From the NCBI GenBank assembly GCA_012839865.1, contig DUMO01000050.1, forward strand, positions 1-38,358: a DNA stretch of 38,358 nt, read 5' to 3'. Under the pieces are notes generated by a model. It saw nothing but the letters and a program-made list of their open reading frames with translations. It ran no database searches and was not told the origin of the DNA. Of this stretch, positions 1 through 9,363 are shown in pieces (position 1 is the stretch's first letter; every line of letters begins with the position of its first letter). The DNA comes from Clostridiaceae bacterium (GTDB lineage: Bacteria > Bacillota > Clostridia > CAYPLH01 > DUMO01). A program made the position numbers and the translations under genes.

Positions 1-11
1 AAAACAAAATA

Positions 12-39
12 TGTTCCCTCATACTAACAAAAGGGAACA
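12..39 (-). terminator. Probable intrinsic terminator downstream of rlmD
   Basis: 8-bp inverted repeat TGTTCCCT (12-19) / AGGGAACA (32-39). On the minus strand it is followed by ATTTTGTTTT, about 50 nt after the rlmD stop. Confidence 0.55.
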
Positions 40-91
40 CAAAACATACCTACATATTTACTCGTAATCCTCTAAACGCGGCCTATTCAAG

Positions 92-1615
92 CTATTCCTT
101 CTCTATCAATACTACCGTCTCCACATGTACCGTCCACGGGAACATGTCCACCGGCTGCACCTTTTCCACCTTCATCCCATGCTCTGACAAATATTTTAAA
201 TCCCTTGCAAGGGTTGCCGGATTGCATGAAACATAAACCATTCTTTTGGGCAACATCTCGGCAATGGCCCGCAATAGCTTCTCATCACAGCCCTTTCTTG
301 GCGGATCAACCACCACTACGTCGGCCTTTATACCCTGTTTCAGCATCTTCGGTATAACCTTCTCCGCTTTTCCGAGGGTAAACTTCACATTCCCTGCATT
401 ATTCGCAATAGCGTTTTCTGTTGCATCCTTCACTGCTTCAGGAACCTCTTCCACTCCATAGACCATTTTAGCCTTCCGGGACAAATACAACGAAATTGTT
501 CCAATTCCGCAGTAAAGGTCAAATACTGTCTCGTTGCCATTCAAAGAAGCATATTCCATGACCTTGTTGTAAAGTACTTCAGTTTGTACAGGGTTAACCT
601 GGAAAAAGGATGAAGGTGAGATTTCAAATCTGAAATCCCCTATATAATCAGTTATAGTGCTTTTTCCATATAACTTCACATACACATCGCCAAGCTTCAA
701 ACCGGACTTTTTTGTATTTATATTCAGCATTACGCTTTTAATCCGGGGAAAATTCGAAACCAGTCCTTTTGCCAGCTCCTTAACCCAGGGAAAACTTTTG
801 GCCAATCTTTCAGCAAGCTCGTCACCCTGCGAAAAATGCAAAGTCAATCCTTCTGCAAACTCATCCCCCTGCCGAAAATTCGAAGCCAGCCTTTTTTCAG
901 ACTCATTCCCAACCGGAAAATTCGAAACCAATCCTTCCGCAAGTTCTTCACTGCCGGAAAATCCAGAACCGTTAACGACCAGGACAACCATCACTTCTCC
1001 CGAAGTAAAGCCTGTACGTACAATCAAGTGCCGCACCAGTCCTCTCCCGGTTTTTTCATTGTATGTGTCAATTCCTTTATTAATTAAAAAATTACTTACA
1101 AATTCACGTATATCATTAAAAATTTCAGGTTGAATACCACATTCAAAACCTTCAACAATATCATGGGATTTTGCTGAAAAAAAGCCGATGGCAGGACCGT
1201 TCCCGCCACTCCGTACGGAAAATTGAATGTTGTTTCTGTAATTAAATGGATTTTCCATACCGATTGTTTTATAAACAGCAATCCCGGATAACTTGCCGAT
1301 ACGCCTCAGACAGTCTTTAACAAATCCTGTTTTTATATCAAGCTGTGCGTCATAGTCAAGGTGCTGTAGGGTACACCCGCCACAGCGTTCGTATGCGCTG
1401 CAAAAAGGTTTCCTTCGCAGTGGTGACTCTTCCAATATGTTAATAACAATTCCTTCCGCATAAGATTTCTTTACAAGTGTAATAACAGCTTCGACTTTTT
1501 CACCGGGGAGTGCACCGTCAACAAAGACAATAAACCCGTCCACCAAGCCGATGCCTTTACCTTCGTTAGTCAATGCCGTAATATCTAAAGTGTAGCTGTT
1601 GCCCTTTGTAACCAA
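92..1615 (-). CDS. rlmD: 23S rRNA (uracil-1939-C5)-methyltransferase RlmD family, with an internal 14-aa repeat expansion
   Basis: N-terminal TRAM domain, Fe-S cysteines C-x5-CGGC, SFFQVN, DLYCGIGT, VVVDPPRKG, catalytic YVSCNPATLARD and VDMFPWTVHVE. The likely start is TTG at 1615 (GAAGGA 5 nt upstream); the ORF-track ATG at 1648 has no RBS. Confidence 0.93.
   Translation of the reverse strand: MVTKGNSYTLDITALTNEGKGIGLVDGFIVFVDGALPGEKVEAVITLVKKSYAEGIVINILEESPLRRKPFCSAYERCGGCTLQHLDYDAQLDIKTGFVKDCLRRIGKLSGIAVYKTIGMENPFNYRNNIQFSVRSGGNGPAIGFFSAKSHDIVEGFECGIQPEIFNDIREFVSNFLINKGIDTYNEKTGRGLVRHLIVRTGFTSGEVMVVLVVNGSGFSGSEELAEGLVSNFPVGNESEKRLASNFRQGDEFAEGLTLHFSQGDELAERLAKSFPWVKELAKGLVSNFPRIKSVMLNINTKKSGLKLGDVYVKLYGKSTITDYIGDFRFEISPSSFFQVNPVQTEVLYNKVMEYASLNGNETVFDLYCGIGTISLYLSRKAKMVYGVEEVPEAVKDATENAIANNAGNVKFTLGKAEKVIPKMLKQGIKADVVVVDPPRKGCDEKLLRAIAEMLPKRMVYVSCNPATLARDLKYLSEHGMKVEKVQPVDMFPWTVHVETVVLIEKE
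740..949 (-). repeat. 5 x 42-bp in-frame tandem repeat inside rlmD
   Basis: Units: EELAEGLVSNFPVG / NESEKRLASNFRQG / DEFAEGLTLHFSQG / DELAERLAKSFPWV / KELAKGLVSNFPRI. The DNA GGAAAATTCGAAACCA recurs in units 1 and 5. Confidence 0.9.
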
Positions 1616-1702
1616 ATTAATCCTTCGCTCCCTTGGTTTATTTCCCATAAATACAGTTTACACTATCGTGCGGGCTGTTTAAACCCGGTATCTTTTTCAG
1701 GC

Positions 1703-1726
1703 AAAAAAAAATTCCCCGCAGGGAAT
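1703..1726 (-). terminator. Terminator-like hairpin in the rlmD upstream region
   Basis: Minus strand ATTCCC-TGCG-GGGAAT followed directly by 8 T. Confidence 0.6.
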
Positions 1727-1993
1727 CAGAAAAAAATTGAATCAGTATGCCTTATGTTAATTGTTCCATTAATTGCTTTTAATTATATCATAAATTTTAA
1801 AATTTTTCCTATTTCCCAAAAAATTTTTAGATTTCCCACATTTGCTTTATGATATATCCTAAACCTGCATAATTTGACTTGTTTACAAAATAAAGCAATT
1901 GGATAAAATAAAAAAATAAGAGGTTAAAATAAATTGAAGAATATGTTAAAATAAATCTCGACTGCTTTAAAAAAAGATAACAAGGAAACAGAA

Positions 1994-2926
1994 ATGACAA
2001 AGGGAAAAACAAAAAAAAACAAAAGATATGTCTCGTTAATACTTGCGCCCCATTATCCGGGCCAAACAAAAATTTACAAGCTGCCTGCAGGATTGTTTAA
2101 ATACATGCGGGTTGCACTTTTAGTTATAATAACTGCACTGATTTGTCAAGGTTTGTGGACATTTCATCTGATACAGAGAGTGAATATGCTTTCCAGGCAG
2201 AGGGACAAGCTTGCGAAAACCGCACAGACGCAGTTGCTTGAGTTAAACGATGCAATTCAAAAATATAATCTTTTGCAATCAAACAATGAGCAAGTGCAGG
2301 AAATAATGAAAGATTACACAGAAAAATACCGGGAAATAACTGAAAACTACATCGCCTCCCAGCTTACCGTAAGCAGGGCGGACAGTGTTGTAAACAGAAC
2401 AAGTGGAAATTTTACCGATGATATCAGGGAACTTCGGGATATCCTGGCCAAGCTGGGCGAGCTTTCAAATATTGACAGCACGACAACTGTTGACTTTTCA
2501 AAACTTCAGGATGACATTGCAATGTTCCTCGGTGCCTTGCCGACCTTATGGCCTGCCCAGGGCAGAATCAGCGACAATTTCGGATACAGAACCCATCCCA
2601 TCAGCTTTCTTTACAAACTACATTCGGGAATTGATATTGCAGCCGACTATGGAGCGGACATTGTCGCAGCAGCCGATGGTACAGTTATAATGTCCGGAAC
2701 AAATGGAGGATATGGCAAATGCATTATTATAGACCATGGCAACGGCCTTAAGACATTATACGCCCATGCGTCAGAACTCCTGGTATCCAACGGAGCAAAA
2801 GTGAAAAAAGGTGAATTGATTGCAAGAGTTGGAAGCACAGGCACCAGTACCGGACCCCATTTGCATTTTGAAGTACAGATGGACGATGTTCCGATAGATC
2901 CACTGATTTATCTCGACCAGGAGTAA
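1994..2926 (+). CDS. Membrane-anchored M23 family metallopeptidase with coiled coil
   Basis: Hydrophobic segment VALLVIITALICQGLW, then a coiled coil, then M23 motifs HSGID, YAH and STGPHLHFEV. Confidence 0.9.
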   Translation: MTKGKTKKNKRYVSLILAPHYPGQTKIYKLPAGLFKYMRVALLVIITALICQGLWTFHLIQRVNMLSRQRDKLAKTAQTQLLELNDAIQKYNLLQSNNEQVQEIMKDYTEKYREITENYIASQLTVSRADSVVNRTSGNFTDDIRELRDILAKLGELSNIDSTTTVDFSKLQDDIAMFLGALPTLWPAQGRISDNFGYRTHPISFLYKLHSGIDIAADYGADIVAAADGTVIMSGTNGGYGKCIIIDHGNGLKTLYAHASELLVSNGAKVKKGELIARVGSTGTSTGPHLHFEVQMDDVPIDPLIYLDQE

Positions 2927-3188
2927 AACCGGAGCTGCTGGCAAAACAGGAGGAAAATAATTTAATCTTACACCTTTAAATCAGTATTATACAGAAAAGG
3001 GTGACCTGGGAAGATAAGCAATTGGATTATTACCTCTCAGCAGACAGCTTTTTTTAATATAAACCGGCAGCTTTTACAGAGAGTTTTCAAAAGGCAAACT
3101 CTACGGGCATCAAAAAAAACAATGCTTATATACCCGCTTCAGGCGGTGTTTCCTATATAAACATTAATATATTACCGGAGGTTTTCAT

Positions 3189-3659
3189 ATGTTTGGCAAA
3201 ACCAACAAGTACGTATATGATGATAAAATTGATACGGTAATAGGTGCAAAGACAACACTGGAAGGCAACCTGACCTCTGAAGGTACTGTCCGTGTTGACG
3301 GAATCATTACCGGGGACGTTAAGGCTGAAGGATGTGTCTACATAGGCGAAAGCGCTCTAATAAAAGGCAATGTGTCCGCTACTGATGTACACCTTTCAGG
3401 AACAGTTGAGGGAAATGTTCACGCAAGTGGATTGCTGAAACTTCAATCTACTGCAAGACTATACGGCAACATTAAGGCTCAGAGCCTGGTAGTTGATGAG
3501 GGCAGCATTTTTCAGGGCTCCTGCGATATGATTGGTGACAAAACCATAAGCATGATTGAAAAGCATGCCAAAAACTCATCCAAAAGCCAAAGAAAAGGTT
3601 CGGTGCTTGACGATGTTTATAAAGAAAAGGAACGGGAAAAGCTTGAGACCAACTCCTGA
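3189..3659 (+). CDS. Bactofilin (polymer-forming cytoskeletal protein, CcmA-like)
   Basis: IDTVIG..LEGNL..EGTVRVDG.ITGDV..EG.V.IG..A.IKGNV...G.VEGNV beta-helix pattern. RBS GGAGG at 3177-3181. Confidence 0.92.
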   Translation: MFGKTNKYVYDDKIDTVIGAKTTLEGNLTSEGTVRVDGIITGDVKAEGCVYIGESALIKGNVSATDVHLSGTVEGNVHASGLLKLQSTARLYGNIKAQSLVVDEGSIFQGSCDMIGDKTISMIEKHAKNSSKSQRKGSVLDDVYKEKEREKLETNS

Positions 3660-3666
3660 AGCCTGC

Positions 3667-4353
3667 TTATATTTTGATTTTTCCATTAAGCTGCAGGAAG
3701 CATTCTTCGTCAATCTTTCCTCTGATAACAGATTCTGCAACCGGAATGTTGGTTACTATTTCAGTTCTTTGGGGTATAAGGGGTATTAAAACCGCAATAC
3801 TGGTTTTCACCTGCAAGTACAGCTTGTGTTTTGTTTGGTCTTCAGAAATCGGTATGACCTCGGACATGAAATCCGTTGCCACATTCCCATAGGGCGTTAT
3901 TTTGATATGCAAATCAGGACCTACGCTGGTAAAAATTGTATCTCCCAGCAAAACTCCAAAGGGAATCACAATACTTTCACTTTCAAGAGCAATAAGCCGC
4001 TTTTGAATATTTGTTGAAATTTGTGCCGACAGGCTGTTCATTGCTGATACATTTGTTTTTATGGACGTGATTACGCCATCTTCGTTCCTCTCCAAAGTTA
4101 CAAGGTCATCATAATGGATTTCTTCTGTAAAGCATTCACTGACTGCATTATATACCGTCATGGTTATAATGGACTTTGCCCTAAATTCGCTTATTTCAAC
4201 CAGGTATGGGATTACTCTTTTCTGCACATATGATACAAGCAAGGCCAGGATTGCAAAGACAGTTGCAATGCTAAGAAAGCGTGACAATGCCTTTAATTTG
4301 CGTTTTCTTGCATATGAAATCCTTCTATACAGGTTTCTCCCCATGCCAATCAT
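3667..4353 (-). CDS. yunB: Sporulation protein YunB
   Basis: Basic N-terminus plus one TM helix. IPFGVLLG..F..VGP..HIKITPYGNV...F......QTKH.LYL.V....IP.A..VI.G is the YunB family pattern. Confidence 0.85.
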   Translation of the reverse strand: MIGMGRNLYRRISYARKRKLKALSRFLSIATVFAILALLVSYVQKRVIPYLVEISEFRAKSIITMTVYNAVSECFTEEIHYDDLVTLERNEDGVITSIKTNVSAMNSLSAQISTNIQKRLIALESESIVIPFGVLLGDTIFTSVGPDLHIKITPYGNVATDFMSEVIPISEDQTKHKLYLQVKTSIAVLIPLIPQRTEIVTNIPVAESVIRGKIDEECFLQLNGKIKI

Positions 4354-5046
4354 CTCCCGGCTTTAAGAAATCGATAAACAAAAAATTGCATTCCCCCCGG
4401 CAAAGCAGCTGCCCCCGTACAACTATTAATAACCGGTAAGCGTGGCACTATGTTTCACAGGAAAATCAACTTTCCGCACTGTATCAGCATTAGAAATTGA
4501 CAAACGTAAAAACCACACCCCACCGGCAAGGCAACTCTCTGCACCCCACAAATGTCAAAAACCAATAAATGAAATCCAAAATACATTGCAGTCAAAAATC
4601 GGAACAATAAAAAATCAAAATACATCTAAAAAATATAACTGTGGTGTATTAATCGTCCCATATGCATAATAGTGAAAACCATAATATATTTATATGATGG
4701 TCCTGCAAGAAGTATAAGCCCGGGACATGGAAACTTTGGGTTTATTGCGTGAAAACTGTGGCAAATTTAGCAATACTTTTATTGAGTGCCCGGATTTGCG
4801 CTTATGAAGCATCCCAATGGGTCCACGGTATATTTCCACCCTTGCCCTAAGTGTGATATAATAATTCTCGAATTGCATCCAGGATCGCGTGACATATAGG
4901 TAAGAGGTTATAGCCATGGAGTGCCTGCAGAAGAACTTTACAATTAAAAAATAAATGCATCAGACAAAACGCAATATGTGAAATTTCACTAATGTTTTTT
5001 GGGTATTAATCATAAAATGTAAAGTTACCTGTTTAGGAGGATATAT

Positions 5047-7491
5047 ATGAAATCAAGAAGGCAACAGGCTGCTGCCGGACAAAAAGCAGCTGCAATAAAA
5101 AGAGGAGTTTATGAATCACCCCGGAAAGCCGGTAAGAAAAAGAAATCCTCTTTTAAAAACTTTTTCAGGATTACAGGAAAAGTTATCAATGTATTGATTA
5201 TAATATTTCTGGCTTTCGGATTTTTGGGGGCAGGTGTGCTGGGAGGCCTTGTTTTCGGCTGGATACGTACCGCAGACCCCATAAGACCCGAGGATTTGAT
5301 GCTGACCAATTTCACAACATTTGTATATGACTGCAATGGCAAGGTTATTACCCAGCTTGACGCAATAAACGAAAACAGGATGTATGCAAGCGACAGTGAA
5401 ATCCCGCAGTATTTAAAGGATGCCTTTGTAGCTATCGAGGATGAAAGGTTTTGGGACCATCCCGGTTTTGACTTGAAACGCACCATCGGAGGCGCTTTAA
5501 GCTATGCTATTGCCAAAATACTGCCAGGCGATCAGGAGTATTATGGCGGAAGCACCATAACCCAGCAGCTTGTTAAAAACCTTACCAACGATACAGATGA
5601 CAGCCCAAGAAGGAAGGTTCAGGAACTGTGGAAAGCCATCAATCTGGAAATGAAGCTGGAAAAGTGGCAAATACTTGAGCTGTACATGAATGTTGCAAAC
5701 ATGGGCGGCAATACTCACGGTGTTAAGGCTGCCGCGTTAAAATACTTCAACAAGGACGTCAGTGAATTATCTCTTGCAGAATGCGCCAGTCTGGCGGGAA
5801 TCACCAACTATCCTGCAAAATATGCACCATCAACCACCCGTGGCCAGGAAAACAATTTAAAACGCCAGAGAATTATTCTTGGCAAGATGCTTGAATTGGG
5901 ATTTATCACCCAGGCTGAATATGACCAGGCAATTTCGGAGGAATTGAAATTTGCCACAGGACAGGCATCAGAAGCAAAAGAAACAAGCAATCAAAGCTAC
6001 TTTGTGGACCAAGTTATCAGCGATATAAAACAGGTCCTTGTAAGTAAAGGTTATTCTGAACAAACCGCCATAAACCTCATATATAATGCCGGTTGGAAAA
6101 TATATACCACCATGGACCCGGATGTGCAGAAGGCAATGGATGAGGTCTACACAAACGATGAGTATTTCCCCGTTCTGGACGAGGAACTTGAACACCCTCA
6201 GTCAGCAATGGTTATTATAGACCCAAAAAACGGCCATGTAAAAGCAATGTATGGAGGCTATGGGGTTAAGAAAGCCGATGCCATATACAACAGAGCCGCT
6301 TCACCCCTGATGAAGAGGCAACCTGGTTCCAGCTTCAAACCTATTGCAGTATATGCACCGGCTATTGACACAAGGAAAATTACAGCTGCGACAATTATTG
6401 ACGATGCCCCGGCTTATATGTTGGGTGTTGATAAAGGCATCTACCCAAACAACTATGACCATACCTTTTCAGGCCTGATTACTATCCGTGACGGAGTGCG
6501 GCAGTCTTTAAACATGGTAGCTGCCAAGGTGTGGAATTATATATTGGGAGCTGATACTTCCCATGAATATCTTCGCAGGGTAAACATAAACAGGGACAAT
6601 GAAAGGTATGTTTCAATTTCCATGGGTGGCTTGAATCAGGGAGTGAATCCCCTTCAGATGGCCGCGGCATATGTACCCTTTGTAAATAAAGGAGTTTATT
6701 TTGAACCCATCACCTTCACAAGAGTAGAAGACAAGGACGGGAACATAGTACTGGAAAACAAACCGGAAAGCCACATTGTTTACGATGAAGCCTCAGCATA
6801 TATAATGACCAATATTCTCCAGGATGTTGTAAAACCAGGAGGTACGGCTTATCCTTACGGCATGATCCGCAATGGTGACCAGGAAATCATACCTACCGCC
6901 GGAAAAACAGGAACAACAAGTGACAATTATGATAAATGGTTTGTAGGTTACTCACCCTATTATGTGGCAGCCACCTGGTACGGGTATGATACGCCTACTA
7001 CGCTAAAGTCTGCAGAATACAGCCAGGCATTGAAAATCTGGAATGCTGTAATGACCAAAGTTCATGAAAATAAAGAACCTGTTGAATTCGAAGAGGCTCC
7101 GGGTATAGTCAGGAAAACCATATGCACTGCTTCAGGCAAAATTCCTACAGAATTGTGCTATCAGGACCCGAGAAGCTCATGGCAGAGCATGATAAGGGAA
7201 GAAATATTCATTAAGGGCACCGAACCCGGCAATAACGATACATGTGATGTACATGTCAAGGCAAAAGTATGTACTGTTGGGAAAGACCAATGGGGAAGAA
7301 ACCTATTGGCCGGACCTGACTGCCCTCTGTCAACAGTGATTGAAAAGGTGTTTATCAGGCGTAAAACTCCCTTTACGCCAATACGCCCCCAAGATCCGCT
7401 TCCGGCGGACTGGGAATATGAGCTTCCCCGTGAATACTGCAATATTCATAGTGCACTGGACAACAATGAAGCTACCTGGTGGGAATATTGA
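5047..7491 (+). CDS. Class A penicillin-binding protein (PBP1A family; transglycosylase plus transpeptidase)
   Basis: EDERF, GGSTITQQLVKN and RKVQE (GT51); SxxK GSSFKP, SxN SLN and KTGT (transpeptidase); N-terminal TM anchor; RBS AGGAGG. Confidence 0.95.
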   Translation: MKSRRQQAAAGQKAAAIKRGVYESPRKAGKKKKSSFKNFFRITGKVINVLIIIFLAFGFLGAGVLGGLVFGWIRTADPIRPEDLMLTNFTTFVYDCNGKVITQLDAINENRMYASDSEIPQYLKDAFVAIEDERFWDHPGFDLKRTIGGALSYAIAKILPGDQEYYGGSTITQQLVKNLTNDTDDSPRRKVQELWKAINLEMKLEKWQILELYMNVANMGGNTHGVKAAALKYFNKDVSELSLAECASLAGITNYPAKYAPSTTRGQENNLKRQRIILGKMLELGFITQAEYDQAISEELKFATGQASEAKETSNQSYFVDQVISDIKQVLVSKGYSEQTAINLIYNAGWKIYTTMDPDVQKAMDEVYTNDEYFPVLDEELEHPQSAMVIIDPKNGHVKAMYGGYGVKKADAIYNRAASPLMKRQPGSSFKPIAVYAPAIDTRKITAATIIDDAPAYMLGVDKGIYPNNYDHTFSGLITIRDGVRQSLNMVAAKVWNYILGADTSHEYLRRVNINRDNERYVSISMGGLNQGVNPLQMAAAYVPFVNKGVYFEPITFTRVEDKDGNIVLENKPESHIVYDEASAYIMTNILQDVVKPGGTAYPYGMIRNGDQEIIPTAGKTGTTSDNYDKWFVGYSPYYVAATWYGYDTPTTLKSAEYSQALKIWNAVMTKVHENKEPVEFEEAPGIVRKTICTASGKIPTELCYQDPRSSWQSMIREEIFIKGTEPGNNDTCDVHVKAKVCTVGKDQWGRNLLAGPDCPLSTVIEKVFIRRKTPFTPIRPQDPLPADWEYELPREYCNIHSALDNNEATWWEY

Positions 7492-7637
7492 ACCGGAAGA
7501 TTAATCCATTGGCTGTATTTTTGTTCATAAAGGAATCTTCCGGATGCACTGCCGGGAACAGGGGCTAATGTTTGACTGTATTGCTGTTATTGTTAAGATA
7601 TACTGTGCTCATAATAAATCTCGTGAAACAATACAAA

Positions 7638-7710
7638 AAAATGCCTTGTAATTAAGCAATTCTGCCCGCTTCGCGCAAGACACAGACATTACTAAATTAC
7701 AAGGCATTTT
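7638..7710. terminator. Long inverted repeat between the convergent PBP and proB genes
   Basis: Perfect 16-bp arms AAAATGCCTTGTAATT (7638-7653) / AATTACAAGGCATTTT (7695-7710) around a 41-nt loop, with A/T runs on both flanks. Confidence 0.6.
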
Positions 7711-7761
7711 CTGTTTTTATGCATCTTAGGGGTTCAAATCTGCTGCTCTACTTTAGATGAG

Positions 7762-8580
7762 CTACTTTCTAGCAACAAATATGGTTCCCACTTCATTTCC
7801 GTTAACTATATCCATAATTATATGCGGGTCACTGCCATTTGCAACTACCATGTCGACCCCCGCCGAGGTGGCAATCTTTGCAGCTTTCAGTCTTGTTATC
7901 ATTCCCCCGGTTCCCCGCTTTGTTCCGGCACCTCCTGCACAATTTTCAATTTCAGGAGTGATTTCATAAATGGTTGAGATAAATTTCGCATTGGGGTTTT
8001 CTTTGGGATCGCTATCGTAAAATCCGTTAACGTCCGATAATATAATCATCAGATCCGCGCCAGTCAATTTGGATACAATAGCTGCCAAAGTATCGTTCTC
8101 CAGAAAAGTGTTGATTTGACCGGCCTTGATTTCCTCAACGGAAACGGAGTCATTTGCATTGACTATTGGAATTATTTCTTTTGCAAGAAGCGTGTTAAAC
8201 GTATTTATTACATTCCGTCTTCCCACTTTATCATTTACAACCGTGCTGGTTAAAAGAATCTGTCCTACAATATGGCCGTATTCAGAAAAAAACTTGCTGT
8301 ATATATGCATAAGCTCACACTGCCCGACTGCAGCAACAGCCTGCCTTTCACGGATACGTTTGGGTTTTTCCTTCATTTTCAGCTTTGAAGTTCCAACTCC
8401 TATTGCCCCTGATGTGACAAGTATGATTTCCCTGCCCTGGTTTACCAGATCCGAAATAACTCTTGAAAGCTTGTCAATGGTTGTCAGGTTAATCTTCCCT
8501 GTGCTATAGGTTAAAGTTGAAGTTCCTACTTTTATAACAATTCTTTTTGCATCCCGCAACCTACTGCGAACATTGTCCAT
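7762..8580 (-). CDS. proB: Glutamate 5-kinase (short form without PUA domain)
   Basis: RIVIKVGTS, LVTSGAIG, QAVAAVGQ, PIVNANDSV, ENDTLAA and GTGGMITRL. Likely start is ATG 8580 after GGAGG; the ORF track starts at 8601. Confidence 0.93.
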   Translation of the reverse strand: MDNVRSRLRDAKRIVIKVGTSTLTYSTGKINLTTIDKLSRVISDLVNQGREIILVTSGAIGVGTSKLKMKEKPKRIRERQAVAAVGQCELMHIYSKFFSEYGHIVGQILLTSTVVNDKVGRRNVINTFNTLLAKEIIPIVNANDSVSVEEIKAGQINTFLENDTLAAIVSKLTGADLMIILSDVNGFYDSDPKENPNAKFISTIYEITPEIENCAGGAGTKRGTGGMITRLKAAKIATSAGVDMVVANGSDPHIIMDIVNGNEVGTIFVARK

Positions 8581-8604
8581 TTGTAAACCTCCCAAATACA
8601 ACTG

Positions 8605-9327
8605 TTACAGTTTTAGAAGTTTAATGTTTCCCCTGACTCCTACCCGGTCGCCCTTGATAACCAACGCGCCTTCCACTCCCTCTACGCCTAAGATAAAATC
8701 CAGGGCTCCAGGTATGTCACCGGGTTTTTTCACCAGGTTTCCCAAGGCAGTAGCGGCTGCATCGGATAAAAACGTATCCTTTGATACAACCACTGCAGCA
8801 TCTGCTTTCCCAAAACTCAAAGAATGGCCTACAGTTCCGGAAGATGTGCATATGCCCACCGGTGTGTCTTCAGAGTTGATTTCCAGAGCGATTCTGCCGC
8901 TTAATGGTGATTCTCCGGCGTAGATACCAACTTTCCTCGGTTCTTTAATCTTCAAGTAAATATCTCCGCCGTTTTCTACAATGATTTCATCAGAATAATC
9001 CAGAAGTTTTTGTCCGACCATTTCACTTATTGCTCCGGCAACGGCTGCCATAGGCCCGGTACCCGCCTTTAATCCTGCCTCTGCCATTCTTCTCACTATG
9101 TAAGGCATGTCTGAACGAATCTCAACCGGTTTTAAGCTCTTCAGAAATTCCGGATGACCTTTAATCCATGTTTCTATTTGCTCCCTGTAGTTTTTGACCA
9201 ACTCAAGGGTTTCATTAAACAAATTTGTCTTTGCGCCAACATACAAATCAGTTTCGTCCTGTACTACACTGAAAAAAATAAGCCCTGAACTTTTAAAAAA
9301 ATCCCGGTAAAATCTTTTTTGATACAT
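8605..9327 (-). CDS. UPF0280 / COG2122 ApbE-like protein (sulfide-assimilation-associated family)
   Basis: MY.KRFYR, ETDLYV, GPMAAVAGAISE, ENGGDI, GICTSSGTVGHSLSFGKADA and ADAAATALGN. Confidence 0.9.
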   Translation of the reverse strand: MYQKRFYRDFFKSSGLIFFSVVQDETDLYVGAKTNLFNETLELVKNYREQIETWIKGHPEFLKSLKPVEIRSDMPYIVRRMAEAGLKAGTGPMAAVAGAISEMVGQKLLDYSDEIIVENGGDIYLKIKEPRKVGIYAGESPLSGRIALEINSEDTPVGICTSSGTVGHSLSFGKADAAVVVSKDTFLSDAAATALGNLVKKPGDIPGALDFILGVEGVEGALVIKGDRVGVRGNIKLLKL

Positions 9328-9363
9328 TTCATCACACCTTACCCAAGTATTTTGTACGGGGGC

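Noticed and set aside
246..1281. Alternative-frame ORFs overlapping rlmD, and similar shadow ORFs over PBP1A, uvrC, groEL, valS and argJ
   Set aside because: They are antisense or off-frame shadows of strongly supported genes, with no RBS and no recognisable motifs.
3079..3100. GGCAAAC upstream of the bactofilin gene as a c-di-GMP-I riboswitch
   Set aside because: The GNRA hairpin and the downstream GCAAAGC/P2 elements are missing; only a small local hairpin is present.
4690..4917. 75-aa minus-strand ORF as a gene; GGGTGGAAAT within it as a T-box
   Set aside because: No RBS or motif for the ORF; the T-box consensus, Stem I and terminator are absent.
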